From Candidatus Harrisonbacteria bacterium (GTDB lineage Bacteria; Patescibacteriota; Minisyncoccia; UBA6257; 1-14-0-10-44-23), in assembly GCA_023255625.1 (NCBI GenBank), contig JAHFLF010000001.1, positions 185,766 through 249,765 on the forward strand: a DNA stretch of 64,000 nt, in the 5' to 3' direction. Below the pieces are notes generated by a model. The model was not told the origin of the DNA. It worked only from the letters and a program-made list of their open reading frames with translations, and ran no database searches. This document shows, one piece after another, positions 35,119 to 43,757 of the stretch. The translations under genes and the position numbers were made by a program. Each line of letters opens with the position of its first letter. The stretch's first letter is position 1.

Positions 35119-35520
35119 ATGCGTCAACAACCCCTCGTACTCCTAGCCGACGATAATGCTGATTTTAAAGAGATTATCTCTGCTAAACTTGTGCAGCAGG
35201 GTTTTGAAATTGCCGAGGCAAATGACGGAGAGGAGGCAATCGCGAAAGCAAAAGCTCTGAAACCGGATCTGATCGTCATGGACATTGATATGCCCCATGT
35301 AAACGGCACCGAGGCCGTGCTGGAAATTAAGGGCAATGCAGATACTAAAGATATTCCGATTATTTTTTTCTCAAGTTTGGAACACCCCTGGCCCGGCAAT
35401 GTTTCGGCCGACAAAACAGAGTTTGCCAAAGACCTTGGCGCGGTAACCTTCCTGAAAAAAAGTGAAGACTTGAATGTGATCGTGGAGACGATCAAGAAGT
35501 TGGCTAAACCCATTGGCTAA
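35119..35520 (+). CDS. Stand-alone response regulator receiver domain protein (paralog of 34236..34634)
   Basis: LVLLADDNADF...LIVMDIDMPHVNG...IIFFSSLE. Same architecture and length as the upstream receiver. Confidence 0.75.
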   Translation: MRQQPLVLLADDNADFKEIISAKLVQQGFEIAEANDGEEAIAKAKALKPDLIVMDIDMPHVNGTEAVLEIKGNADTKDIPIIFFSSLEHPWPGNVSADKTEFAKDLGAVTFLKKSEDLNVIVETIKKLAKPIG

Positions 35521-35702
35521 ACAACCGGGCCGAAGAAGTGTACGCCGGCTCCAAAAAGCAGGATGGCCAAAAGCCCGAGCATAATCGCGGAGAAATACTC
35601 TTCGTTTTCGTTCATGGCGGCAAAACCAACCCCGCCAATGATGAGTGACGCGGCAATACAAATGATGCCAAATATTTTGGAGACTACTCCAAGGATAACC
35701 AT
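35517..35702 (-). CDS. Small 2-TM membrane protein (61 aa)
   Basis: MVILGVVSKIFGIICIAASLIIGGVGFAAMNENEEYFSAIMLGLLAILLFGAGVHFFGPVV. Plausible but unsupported beyond hydrophobicity. Confidence 0.3.
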   Translation of the reverse strand: MVILGVVSKIFGIICIAASLIIGGVGFAAMNENEEYFSAIMLGLLAILLFGAGVHFFGPVV

Positions 35703-35756
35703 TTAGGTGCTATATCTAACTAATTTTAGTATAGCATTTTCCGGGCAGGATTAGCA

Positions 35757-36164
35757 TTATCGCGACTTTGGCCATGGATTTTCGGGAAGAGCGAAAACGA
35801 ATTCGCTTATCTCAAAAGCTGCAAGCTCATCTCCGACTTTAGTATTCCACTCTTTCCTAATCATATTAATAATTTCCTCGGGAGTTCCCGCGACATCTTT
35901 CATGATTGACTCTCCAATCTTAACTGTTCCTTTTTCATGCCAGCGCCCGACTCTCAACTTACTACTCTTGAGCAGAGGGAGAAGATATTCAAGAACCTTC
36001 TCGGGAGCTAGGGAATTTTTTGCTCTCATCTCCTCTATATTTTTATAATCAGTACTTTGGTCTATAAATTCTCCCAAAAAATCGTTCAATGTTAACCACT
36101 CCTTGGCTTCATGCAATTTATAGTGCGCATGTTTCTGAAATTTTGGAGTTAGCTCTTCAAACAT
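35757..36164 (-). CDS. Hypothetical protein (135 aa)
   Basis: ORF immediately downstream of the 1082-aa surface protein on the same strand. No family recognised. Confidence 0.45.
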   Translation of the reverse strand: MFEELTPKFQKHAHYKLHEAKEWLTLNDFLGEFIDQSTDYKNIEEMRAKNSLAPEKVLEYLLPLLKSSKLRVGRWHEKGTVKIGESIMKDVAGTPEEIINMIRKEWNTKVGDELAAFEISEFVFALPENPWPKSR

Positions 36165-36166
36165 AT

Positions 36167-39100
36167 TTACTGTAATTTGCCGAACTTAATTTCCATCCCA
36201 TCAAATAGCTTATTAGCTCCACTCTTGGCGACAACATCAATCGTCGCCTCAATAGATTTGAACGGCGCTTGGGCTACGGAAGAAGAAAAGCTACGCAAAT
36301 TTATATTAGTAAGACCATCGAGAGATTGTCGGACAATTAATCCTTCTTTCGAAGTCGGTAATTCTCTCCATCCGTTAGTCATCTTATTAAACCATGAAAG
36401 CCCTGTAGTGTAGTCACCCTCGATGACCTTGACCAAGTCTTTGCTGGCCAGTGGATTTGCAAGCGATTTTGCCGCTTTTACCGCAGATGTAACATCGGTA
36501 ATTTTTGCAACGGTCTTGGCAATTTCTGCGGCCTTTGCGGCAGCCGCCGCTGCCTGCTTTTCAATCGCTTTAAAATCCACCACAATTTTAGCGAACTGCT
36601 CATCTGCAGTCTTAATTACGGAATTGGCAGCATCCTTAACAATTGTTGAAGAAATAACTGCGGTATCCCAAGCCATCCAGGCGTTTATAGCCGTTGTGAC
36701 AGATGCCAAAGCCCACCGAAAATTATCAGCTCTTTCACCATTATTATCTTGGCCAATGAGCGTAATACTCAATTCATTTACAACGCCCACCGGAATGTCT
36801 ACTAGGAAGCCAATAATCGGAGTTCCCGGAGAAATAGAATTAGGGCTAATCGCCAATTGCTGCTGACTTATTTTCTTCTGAATATCAGCGATTTGCTGAA
36901 TAGCTGCTGCCTGCTCTTGACTTCCGCCGACAAGGCCTGCGTTGATCATTTGGACCGCAGCATCAGCCGTGCTCGCCCTACCAGATTTACTGATGAGTAC
37001 AAAAACATCAATAATTTTTTTCTCAAGAGTGGCTATCTGGCGTAGGTAAAGAAAAGTTTTCTCGAGAGATGATGGTGAGTTAATTTCCGAGAACAAAAGT
37101 TTAAGGTTGAATAGAGTGCCAGAGGCATCTTCTAAGAATTTTACGGTATCTTGGTTACTAACCAATTGGAGAATTGCTGTTTGCTGAAGCAACGCAGTGG
37201 CTATTGCTTGAGAATCGCGACCGATAGATTGCTTAAAGGTAGATTCCAGATCCACAAGCACCGGAAGGAGATATTTAGAATACTTGCTTCGTGCCTGCAA
37301 CCCCTCAACGCGAAGGGCAATGGCGGCCTGATTGATTAAAGCGATCTGCTCTGCAGTAATGGCGCGTTGTCCGTCTCGAACCATCATTAACAGATTGTCA
37401 GTTTGAACTTTCATCCGATCGATATCGCGAGGTAAGTTGGAAATCAAACTAGCCCTGATTCTATCCTGTGACCAACCAACTACTCCCGTTGACATTGATT
37501 TCAAAACAGGCGTAGCGGCAAGAATGAGTCGAACAAGGTATCTGTCGACCGCTTCTGAGACGAATGAGGTAGACGGAGTGCTCGTGCCAACAGCGCCGAT
37601 AGGGCCGGCAATTGTAGAGTGCGAATTATCTGTCGGCTCAAGCGGCGGTAGGAATAATAACGGAGAGGTGGTGGTTGAAGAAGCCGTCGGTGTTACCGGA
37701 GCAGTAACCGGTTTTGTGCTGGTTGCGACAACCGGAGCCGGTGCTGCAGTTGGCTGTGTAGTTGTCGGTGCAGCCGTAGTCGGGGTAGTAGATGTGGCAG
37801 CTGGTGCTGGGTCTGGGTTCGGAGCTGGCGCAACCGGATAACGAACATACTGGCTGTCATCGTAAAGTCCGGGCGTAGTCGCCCCCGATGGGGCATAACC
37901 AAGCGCCCTCTCAAGATCAGTAAATGAAACTACCGAGAAAAGTTCGCTCGCCGCGAAAACAATCGTTTGCGGAGCACCTGCTACTCCGCCCTGCGAAGCG
38001 GAAATAATACCGCCAACATAGCTCGGCGCCAGGAAATGATACTGGATTTGCGAAGACCGGCGATACTCCTCAGGAGTAGCGTCGCGAAAGCCGTGAGCTA
38101 GAGCTTCGTCGGTTGACCACGCGAGCCGAAGAATTCCATGGCCCGAATTCCAGGGAGAATTCATGTTGCCATTCACCGGCCCCCGCACCATCCCGTTGCA
38201 GGCAAGTTCCGCGAGCGGCGTAAACCGCTCGTCCCAACCCTGCGGATACACACCAGTGGCCCCGCCGTTCATCATCGGCTTGACTGCGCCACTTTTAAGC
38301 GATTGATAGATCGAGTCAAGTTTTCCGAATGTTAAACCATACTTGAAAGTCTGCTCCGGCGCAGGCGGTGAAATCGGAGTAATTGCTGCTTGGTCAAGCA
38401 TCTGCCGTACTTGTTCGTATGTTATAGATTCACCAAGATTATTTCCCAGGAGAGAAAGACATTCTGGTGCGAGTCCCGCAGTAGGAATACCTGGCCCGGA
38501 CTGAATAAAATTAAAGCTTTGCCCAGCCACAGTCGCGCCCGCACTACGACTTTCCAACGCAGTATGTTGAGGGAACACATAGGTCACTGTGCCACTGCCG
38601 CGCAGCCCATTCAGATACGGAGTACCAGTCCAGCTCGAATTAATGTTATGTGGCCACGGGCCAGGTTGGGCCGTACCAAACGTATTCCAAAAATTAGTAG
38701 CGGACCACTCGCACCCCGGTGACGTTGTCACGGTGATTTTTCTGCTGCCGCCGGACGGCCCAACCTGCAAGTCATCAGCCGACACATCATATGTACAAGG
38801 CATAACATTGACGGTGATCGACTTGGTCACCTTGTCGCCCACTGCGCTGGTAGCCGTAATCGTATAGGTTGTTGTACCGCTTGGTTTTGCATCATACCCG
38901 CCGCTCTCACCCACATTGCCAATCCCTTGATTAAGCGAGGTCACTTGCGCATTTGTCGTGGTCCACGAAAGCGTTGCGACTTCGCCTGGCCTGACCGTAG
39001 TTGGACTTACGGAAAGATCTGCACGAAGCACGCCGTCTGACTGAATCACCTTGATCTCTCGGTTGGCAATCGTCAGAATTGCAGTTCGTGAATACGAATT

Positions 39101-39415
39101 ATAATTTGCCTGTATATCAAAGCCGATCGTAGCACTACCCTTTCGCCCAAAGCCAATATTAAGCCACTGGGTGTTATACAACACCGTACCTTGAGTATCA
39201 ATCGACCAGTAGCAGTCTGGCTGCGTTGATACCGTAATCCAGTATGTCCCCATCTTCGGACCAACATTGATCGTGCTGGGACCGGAGACATCGTAACTGC
39301 ACGAAACAGCTGATGCCACCGGAATATTTAGCGCCAAGGGAGAAAACAAAAAGTTCAGAACAAAGAGGATGAAAAAGATATTTTTTAGATTTCGACTTTG
39401 GAGTGTATATTTCAT
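36167..39415 (-). CDS. Large secreted/cell-surface protein (signal peptide, repeated Cys-bracketed Ig/BACON-like beta domains, Pro/Thr-rich linker, C-terminal alpha-helical region)
   Basis: 1082 aa. N-terminal FFILFVLNFLFSPLALNIPVASA. Repeated C-x-Y-D-V-S...C-x-W-S modules. PAPNPDPAPAATSTTPTTAAPTTTQPTAAPAP linker. Confidence 0.6.
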   Translation of the reverse strand: MKYTLQSRNLKNIFFILFVLNFLFSPLALNIPVASAVSCSYDVSGPSTINVGPKMGTYWITVSTQPDCYWSIDTQGTVLYNTQWLNIGFGRKGSATIGFDIQANYNSYSRTAILTIANREIKVIQSDGVLRADLSVSPTTVRPGEVATLSWTTTNAQVTSLNQGIGNVGESGGYDAKPSGTTTYTITATSAVGDKVTKSITVNVMPCTYDVSADDLQVGPSGGSRKITVTTSPGCEWSATNFWNTFGTAQPGPWPHNINSSWTGTPYLNGLRGSGTVTYVFPQHTALESRSAGATVAGQSFNFIQSGPGIPTAGLAPECLSLLGNNLGESITYEQVRQMLDQAAITPISPPAPEQTFKYGLTFGKLDSIYQSLKSGAVKPMMNGGATGVYPQGWDERFTPLAELACNGMVRGPVNGNMNSPWNSGHGILRLAWSTDEALAHGFRDATPEEYRRSSQIQYHFLAPSYVGGIISASQGGVAGAPQTIVFAASELFSVVSFTDLERALGYAPSGATTPGLYDDSQYVRYPVAPAPNPDPAPAATSTTPTTAAPTTTQPTAAPAPVVATSTKPVTAPVTPTASSTTTSPLLFLPPLEPTDNSHSTIAGPIGAVGTSTPSTSFVSEAVDRYLVRLILAATPVLKSMSTGVVGWSQDRIRASLISNLPRDIDRMKVQTDNLLMMVRDGQRAITAEQIALINQAAIALRVEGLQARSKYSKYLLPVLVDLESTFKQSIGRDSQAIATALLQQTAILQLVSNQDTVKFLEDASGTLFNLKLLFSEINSPSSLEKTFLYLRQIATLEKKIIDVFVLISKSGRASTADAAVQMINAGLVGGSQEQAAAIQQIADIQKKISQQQLAISPNSISPGTPIIGFLVDIPVGVVNELSITLIGQDNNGERADNFRWALASVTTAINAWMAWDTAVISSTIVKDAANSVIKTADEQFAKIVVDFKAIEKQAAAAAAKAAEIAKTVAKITDVTSAVKAAKSLANPLASKDLVKVIEGDYTTGLSWFNKMTNGWRELPTSKEGLIVRQSLDGLTNINLRSFSSSVAQAPFKSIEATIDVVAKSGANKLFDGMEIKFGKLQ

Positions 39416-39469
39416 AGTATTGATTAATATTTGTTTACGAGCTACGGGTACAAATCTATCGATCGTTGT

Positions 39470-39715
39470 CTATGGGGGTGGCGACTCGCCGAACACCTTA
39501 ATGATTTCGACCTCATGATTGTTGCCCGCTGCGTGATAAGAAACATGCTCCCCTTCCCCCCGACCAGAAAGCGCCTGGCCTAAGGGCGAGCCGAATGAAA
39601 TAACACCGCGCTCGGGCGCGGTGTTATGTAAACTGATCAAAAACGTTTTAGTGGATCCATCTTGGAACCGAACAGTGGCAATCGAATTAAGTCCGATTTT
39701 TTCAGAGCTAACCAT
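39470..39715 (-). CDS. GreA/GreB C-terminal (FKBP-like) domain-only protein
   Basis: ATVRFQDGSTKTFLI...PERGVISFGSPLGQALSGRGEGEHVSY...EVEIIKV aligns with the GreA C-domain (ISVNSPIARGLIGK...EFEVIKV). The N-terminal coiled-coil domain is absent. Confidence 0.55.
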   Translation of the reverse strand: MVSSEKIGLNSIATVRFQDGSTKTFLISLHNTAPERGVISFGSPLGQALSGRGEGEHVSYHAAGNNHEVEIIKVFGESPPP

Positions 39716-39748
39716 ATGCCATCAATCGTAATCTATACCCTGGATGTT

Positions 39749-39823
39749 GTCAATAATTGACAACAATATCCTGTGGATAACCCTTTTGTTTTCGCTTGAC
39801 AACCTTATATTTGTCAATTATTA
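39749..39823 (+). promoter_or_regulatory. Sigma70 consensus promoter TTGACA-17-TATTAT with flanking palindromic operators (TTGTCAATAATTGACAA and TTGTCAATTATTATCAACAA) upstream of the TrmB-like regulator
   Basis: -35 at 39795-39800, -10 at 39818-39823. Perfect 17-nt palindrome at 39749-39765. Second related site overlaps the -10. Confidence 0.55.
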
Positions 39824-39831
39824 TCAACAAT

Positions 39832-40332
39832 ATGGAAAGACTAAAAAACCTGCTGAAAAAATCCGGCTTCTCGGAAAAAGAGATTGAGGTCTATCTTGCT
39901 TTAATCGAAAAAGGAACCTCGGTGGCCAGCGATATTGCCCAGCAGGCCGATATTAATCGCAGCACGACTTATGTTATCCTCGATTCCCTGCTAAAGCGGG
40001 GCCTAGTTACTGAAACCGAGCGCCGAGGGGTCAAACTTTTTAGCAGCAACGAGCCGGAAAAGCTGATGAAGTATTTTGAACAGGCCTCGCGCCGGTATGC
40101 TGAATTTGCTGAAGAAGCACGAACTCTAATCCCGGCAATCACCGCAAAAATGCAATCGCGGGCTCAACAGGAGAATATTGCAACTCACCCGGAAAATGTC
40201 TACGAACATGCGCTTGACTCGCTCGAAACTATTCGCGCACAGGTCCAGCAAACTGGCACTACGGACAAAATAAAAAATCCAAACCATAACCGGAATAAAT
40301 TACACCCAGAGGTGGCTAAAGGATCAATTTAA
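39832..40332 (+). CDS. TrmB-family HTH transcriptional regulator
   Basis: MERLKNLLKKSGFSEKEIEVYLALIEKGTSVASDIAQQADINRSTTYVILDSLLKRGLV is the TrmB N-terminal wHTH pattern. Start at 39832 within ORF 39796..40332. Confidence 0.6.
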   Translation: MERLKNLLKKSGFSEKEIEVYLALIEKGTSVASDIAQQADINRSTTYVILDSLLKRGLVTETERRGVKLFSSNEPEKLMKYFEQASRRYAEFAEEARTLIPAITAKMQSRAQQENIATHPENVYEHALDSLETIRAQVQQTGTTDKIKNPNHNRNKLHPEVAKGSI

Positions 40333-40333
40333 A

Positions 40334-41959
40334 ATGACGCTTACGATTACTGCGCTAAGTTTTCTCCTACTCTCTTCAGGACTGGCCTGCTGCGGCTGGC
40401 GATTTCTCGCTGCGCTTCGGCAAGCCAAAAACTCAACCGGACTGCACACTATCGGCCGGCTATTATCTGCATTATTCTTCCTATCGGCAACCTACAATGG
40501 CATCATCGGTCTTGGTTCTCTCTTCTTTTCAAAAAGCCCTAACGGGCTTTTTATTATTGCCATACTCGCACACCTTTTACTGACCGCTCTCGCTCTAGTT
40601 AGTGTCTTTACGGTTTATTACATCTTCTGGCCGAAAGATTCAGCGCGACTACTGCTCGGCACACTTGGAATGACTGGCAGCGCCGGTACATTATTTTATC
40701 TGACCGCGAAGCTCCGACCGTTTGTAACAACTGAACATAGCATAAACTGGAATCTGTCTCCGGGTCTTGCTCTTCTCACCTTCTGCCTGCTGACAATCAG
40801 TCTCTTGGCAACTTTATACATTTTTGCGCAGCTTTTCCGGAAAACAAATTCGCGCAGTTTAAAAACACTTTCTCTAATCTTTTCTGCACTCTCCTGCGCC
40901 AGCGTGTTATATGCAATTATCAAGCTGGCGACCTCTTTAGAAAATAATTTATTCTTCGGCCCGCTGATTGATTGGGCTCCCTGGCTGCTTGGGGCAAGTT
41001 TCCTAGTCTTAGTTGTGAGACGCCCCGCCATGCGCGCCACCATGATCATTTTCTTAGTCTTCCTTGGCTGGTGGGCAAGTTTCTATTTTGGATCAAATGA
41101 TCCGACCGTGAATAATGCAAACATTTACATATCAGCATGGTTCAATGTTTATACTCTGCTCGCACTCTGGGGCGTCTGGTGCGGATTTAAAATTGCAAAA
41201 AAACAAGGAGGATTTAGAAATGACTTTGGCAAAAGCATTGGGCTCTTTACGCTGGGGTTACTCTGCCAAGTTTTTGGACAAGTCACTTTCGGGCTTTACA
41301 ACAATGTCCTGAATGTCGCCCTCCCTTATCCATCACTGGCCGATCTTGCTTACATAGCCAGTCCAATCATCTATCTTTTGGCGCTCGTCCAATTCGGCCG
41401 CGCAGCGGGAATAAATTGGAATCTAAAATTAATGCGCGGCAAAATCTCGGCGACCGGCTTCTTTATCGGCCTGCTTAGCGTGTATTGGGCAGTACTGTTA
41501 TGGCAGGGCTATGCTTTTGACTTACAGCAACCGATTAAAATTATTCTGGACTTAGCGTATCCGCTGCTCGAAACACTTTTCCTGGCGGTGGGAATACTTG
41601 TGTATAGATCATACAGAAAAACTAAAATTAGCAGCCCGCTAACCAAAATTCGTTTTGTTCTAATCCTGGCGGCGCTGGGCATGCAATACTTGGCCGACGC
41701 ATTCTTCAGTTTTCTGGTGCAATCAAATAAATGGTCGGGAAACTCTTTCGGTGATCTGCCTTATTTTCTGGCGTATTTCCTGATGACGGTGGCCATTATT
41801 CACCTTGGCGACAACAAAAAACCTGTGCCGGCACAAGTTTCTCAAACAGAGGAGTTATCTCCTGGTTTCTATGTAAATCCAGGGAGAGCAACCGGATTTA
41901 ATCCGTTTTCCAATATCCTAGATTTTTTAAAATCTGTCCGAATAACTGAAAAAGCATGA
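40334..41959 (+). CDS. Hypothetical polytopic membrane protein (541 aa)
   Basis: About 14 hydrophobic helices. The N-terminus is paralogous to the downstream 242-aa protein. Confidence 0.55.
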   Translation: MTLTITALSFLLLSSGLACCGWRFLAALRQAKNSTGLHTIGRLLSALFFLSATYNGIIGLGSLFFSKSPNGLFIIAILAHLLLTALALVSVFTVYYIFWPKDSARLLLGTLGMTGSAGTLFYLTAKLRPFVTTEHSINWNLSPGLALLTFCLLTISLLATLYIFAQLFRKTNSRSLKTLSLIFSALSCASVLYAIIKLATSLENNLFFGPLIDWAPWLLGASFLVLVVRRPAMRATMIIFLVFLGWWASFYFGSNDPTVNNANIYISAWFNVYTLLALWGVWCGFKIAKKQGGFRNDFGKSIGLFTLGLLCQVFGQVTFGLYNNVLNVALPYPSLADLAYIASPIIYLLALVQFGRAAGINWNLKLMRGKISATGFFIGLLSVYWAVLLWQGYAFDLQQPIKIILDLAYPLLETLFLAVGILVYRSYRKTKISSPLTKIRFVLILAALGMQYLADAFFSFLVQSNKWSGNSFGDLPYFLAYFLMTVAIIHLGDNKKPVPAQVSQTEELSPGFYVNPGRATGFNPFSNILDFLKSVRITEKA

Positions 41960-42684
41960 TCCTCACCACTACCTCCACCGCCTTTCTGACACTCTCGGCT
42001 GGTTTGGCTTTTTGCGGCTGGCGTTTTCTGCGATGCTACCGGCAAACCGTAAAAAGCGCTAAAGGTAAAAAAATCGGCTCGCTGCTCGGCTACCTGTTTA
42101 TCGGTGCTGCTTTGCAAAATGCAATCATGGGCTTTGGCCTGCTTATTTTTGCGGAAAACTCGGCAGCGATGGCTCTGGTTCTGTTGCTTTGCAACATTGA
42201 GCTAACCCTCGTCGCCTTACTTGGCGTCTATGCCGCATATTATATATTTTCTCCGAAGGCATCTCCGTATCCGCTCATGACCGTCTCTGGGATAGTCGGC
42301 ATAATTGCATTTGTCGCGGCGATGGTTAATCCCCCAAACCCGTTTCTGACCCCTGCAAACGGCATTGATCTGAACATGAGCTTCCCTCTGGCGCTAGCAA
42401 CTTTTTATCTATTACTAATCAGCATCGGCGCAAACGGCTATATTTTTTCGCGACTTTATCTGACTGTAGCTGAACGAAAAACAAAACGGCTGGCCGGAAT
42501 ACTGGCGATTTTAGCGATAGCCGGAATCATCAATGTATTTATTCGGCTTGTGCTACTATCTGACTATTCGGCGGTCGGCCGAACGCAATCGCTAGACAGC
42601 GGGATAGCGCTCGTTGGTATCGGGTTTATTTTTGCGCTGGTCATCGCGCCAAAAATCCGCGACTGGTTTCCCAAAAAAATCTAA
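41956..42684 (+). CDS. Hypothetical membrane protein, paralog of the N-terminal part of 40334..41959
   Basis: MILTTTSTAFLTLSAGLAFCGWRFLRCYRQ vs MTLTITALSFLLLSSGLACCGWRFLAALRQ. Overlaps the upstream stop by 4 nt. Confidence 0.5.
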   Translation: MILTTTSTAFLTLSAGLAFCGWRFLRCYRQTVKSAKGKKIGSLLGYLFIGAALQNAIMGFGLLIFAENSAAMALVLLLCNIELTLVALLGVYAAYYIFSPKASPYPLMTVSGIVGIIAFVAAMVNPPNPFLTPANGIDLNMSFPLALATFYLLLISIGANGYIFSRLYLTVAERKTKRLAGILAILAIAGIINVFIRLVLLSDYSAVGRTQSLDSGIALVGIGFIFALVIAPKIRDWFPKKI

Positions 42685-42691
42685 AACCCAT

Positions 42692-42874
42692 CTAGAAAAT
42701 CTCCCTGTATTCGGTGCATTTATTACCGTCTTTATCTGTGTATTCCATCAGTTCGTAATCGCCAAACTCGCTGCGTTTACCCAAATGCCGCCAGTTGCGG
42801 CGCCGGAAAATTAAATGCATAAGTCCGCGCCGAAAATTCTTGACTGTTTTTGACAATTTTGAGGATAAATTCAT
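42692..42874 (-). CDS. Small hypothetical protein (60 aa) immediately downstream of a terminator-ended structured RNA
   Basis: MNLSSKLSKTVKNFRRGLMHLIFRRRNWRHLGKRSEFGDYELMEYTDKDGNKCTEYREIF. ATG lies 8 nt after the terminator U-run; the longer ORF (to 42916) is rejected. Confidence 0.3.
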   Translation of the reverse strand: MNLSSKLSKTVKNFRRGLMHLIFRRRNWRHLGKRSEFGDYELMEYTDKDGNKCTEYREIF

Positions 42875-42884
42875 AGAACAAAAA

Positions 42885-43095
42885 ATACTCCGCGGGGAGT
42901 ATTGGTAAAACGACAATTATCTCCCCTTTCGGGACCGAATTAGCACTTACTGCGGTTTTGCCGCAGAGTTGCTGGTGGTTAAGGGCCGGTTGCCCATGCC
43001 CAGTCGTGAGTTTCGCTCTACGCCGGGACCTGCCACGCTCTTGATAACTTATTTAGTTGTGTTTTCATTATATAATATATCGGTAAAAACGCAAT
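42885..43095 (-). ncRNA. Candidate structured non-coding RNA or riboswitch-type leader (about 185 nt; own promoter and intrinsic terminator)
   Basis: Minus-strand TTGCGT-16-TATAAT promoter (43067-43094), GC-rich core (rc of 42935-43060, contains cccGAAAggg GNRA hairpin and cugcggCAAAAccgcag), terminator tactccCCGCggagta + UUUUUU at 42885-42905. No match to RNase P/SRP/tmRNA motifs. Confidence 0.35.
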
Positions 43096-43147
43096 ACTCG
43101 CATGTACGCTATCTTTATGTTGACAAAACAATGTTATCATAATTAAT

Positions 43148-43753
43148 ATGTTTGCTATCTCGCTGGGCATCCTGTCCGGACTTTTACAAATTTACGGATA
43201 CATATTCTATGCTCGCAAGACAATTCTCGGCCACATTAAACCAAATACCGCCAGCTGGGGATTATGGGCTTTCGGCGCAGTCCTTGAGTCCGGCTCCTAC
43301 ATCTTCGCCACGGGCGACTGGGCAAAAAATATCCTGCCGGCCGCCTGCGCTTTATCGGCGATCGCCTTTTTCTTTCTGGCGCTCTATAAGGGCCATTTCC
43401 GAAAGCTAGATTCATTCGAGTACTTAATTATCACCCTCGATCTTATAGCAATTTTAATCTGGTGGTACACTGAATCTGCGCTCTACGCCAACATTTATAT
43501 AGTTCTGACTGCGGTTATTTCCTTTATTCCGATTTTCCGACATGCCTGGAAGAACCCCGAGCAAGAAGATGCTGGCCCGTGGTTTATCTGGACCTGGGCC
43601 TATGCCCTGCTGACGGTAATAGTTATTTTAAACTTTACCATCTGGCAAGAATTGATTTTCCCGGTAACTTATATTTTCCTTTCGCTAACCCTAGCAATCT
43701 TATCTTTAGATAGCAGAATCCCGAAAACATTTTCATTCAGACGACTTCAATAA
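43148..43753 (+). CDS. Hypothetical integral membrane protein (6 TM)
   Basis: 201 aa, hydrophobic. No family recognised. Confidence 0.5.
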   Translation: MFAISLGILSGLLQIYGYIFYARKTILGHIKPNTASWGLWAFGAVLESGSYIFATGDWAKNILPAACALSAIAFFFLALYKGHFRKLDSFEYLIITLDLIAILIWWYTESALYANIYIVLTAVISFIPIFRHAWKNPEQEDAGPWFIWTWAYALLTVIVILNFTIWQELIFPVTYIFLSLTLAILSLDSRIPKTFSFRRLQ

Positions 43754-43757
43754 TTTT

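Noticed and set aside
42885-43060. Identification of the structured RNA as RNase P RNA, SRP RNA or tmRNA
   Set aside because: The conserved motifs (GGAAAGUCCGG/P4 for RNase P; GGAAGCAGCC for SRP helix 8; tag reading frame and CCA end for tmRNA) are absent. Left as an unclassified candidate.
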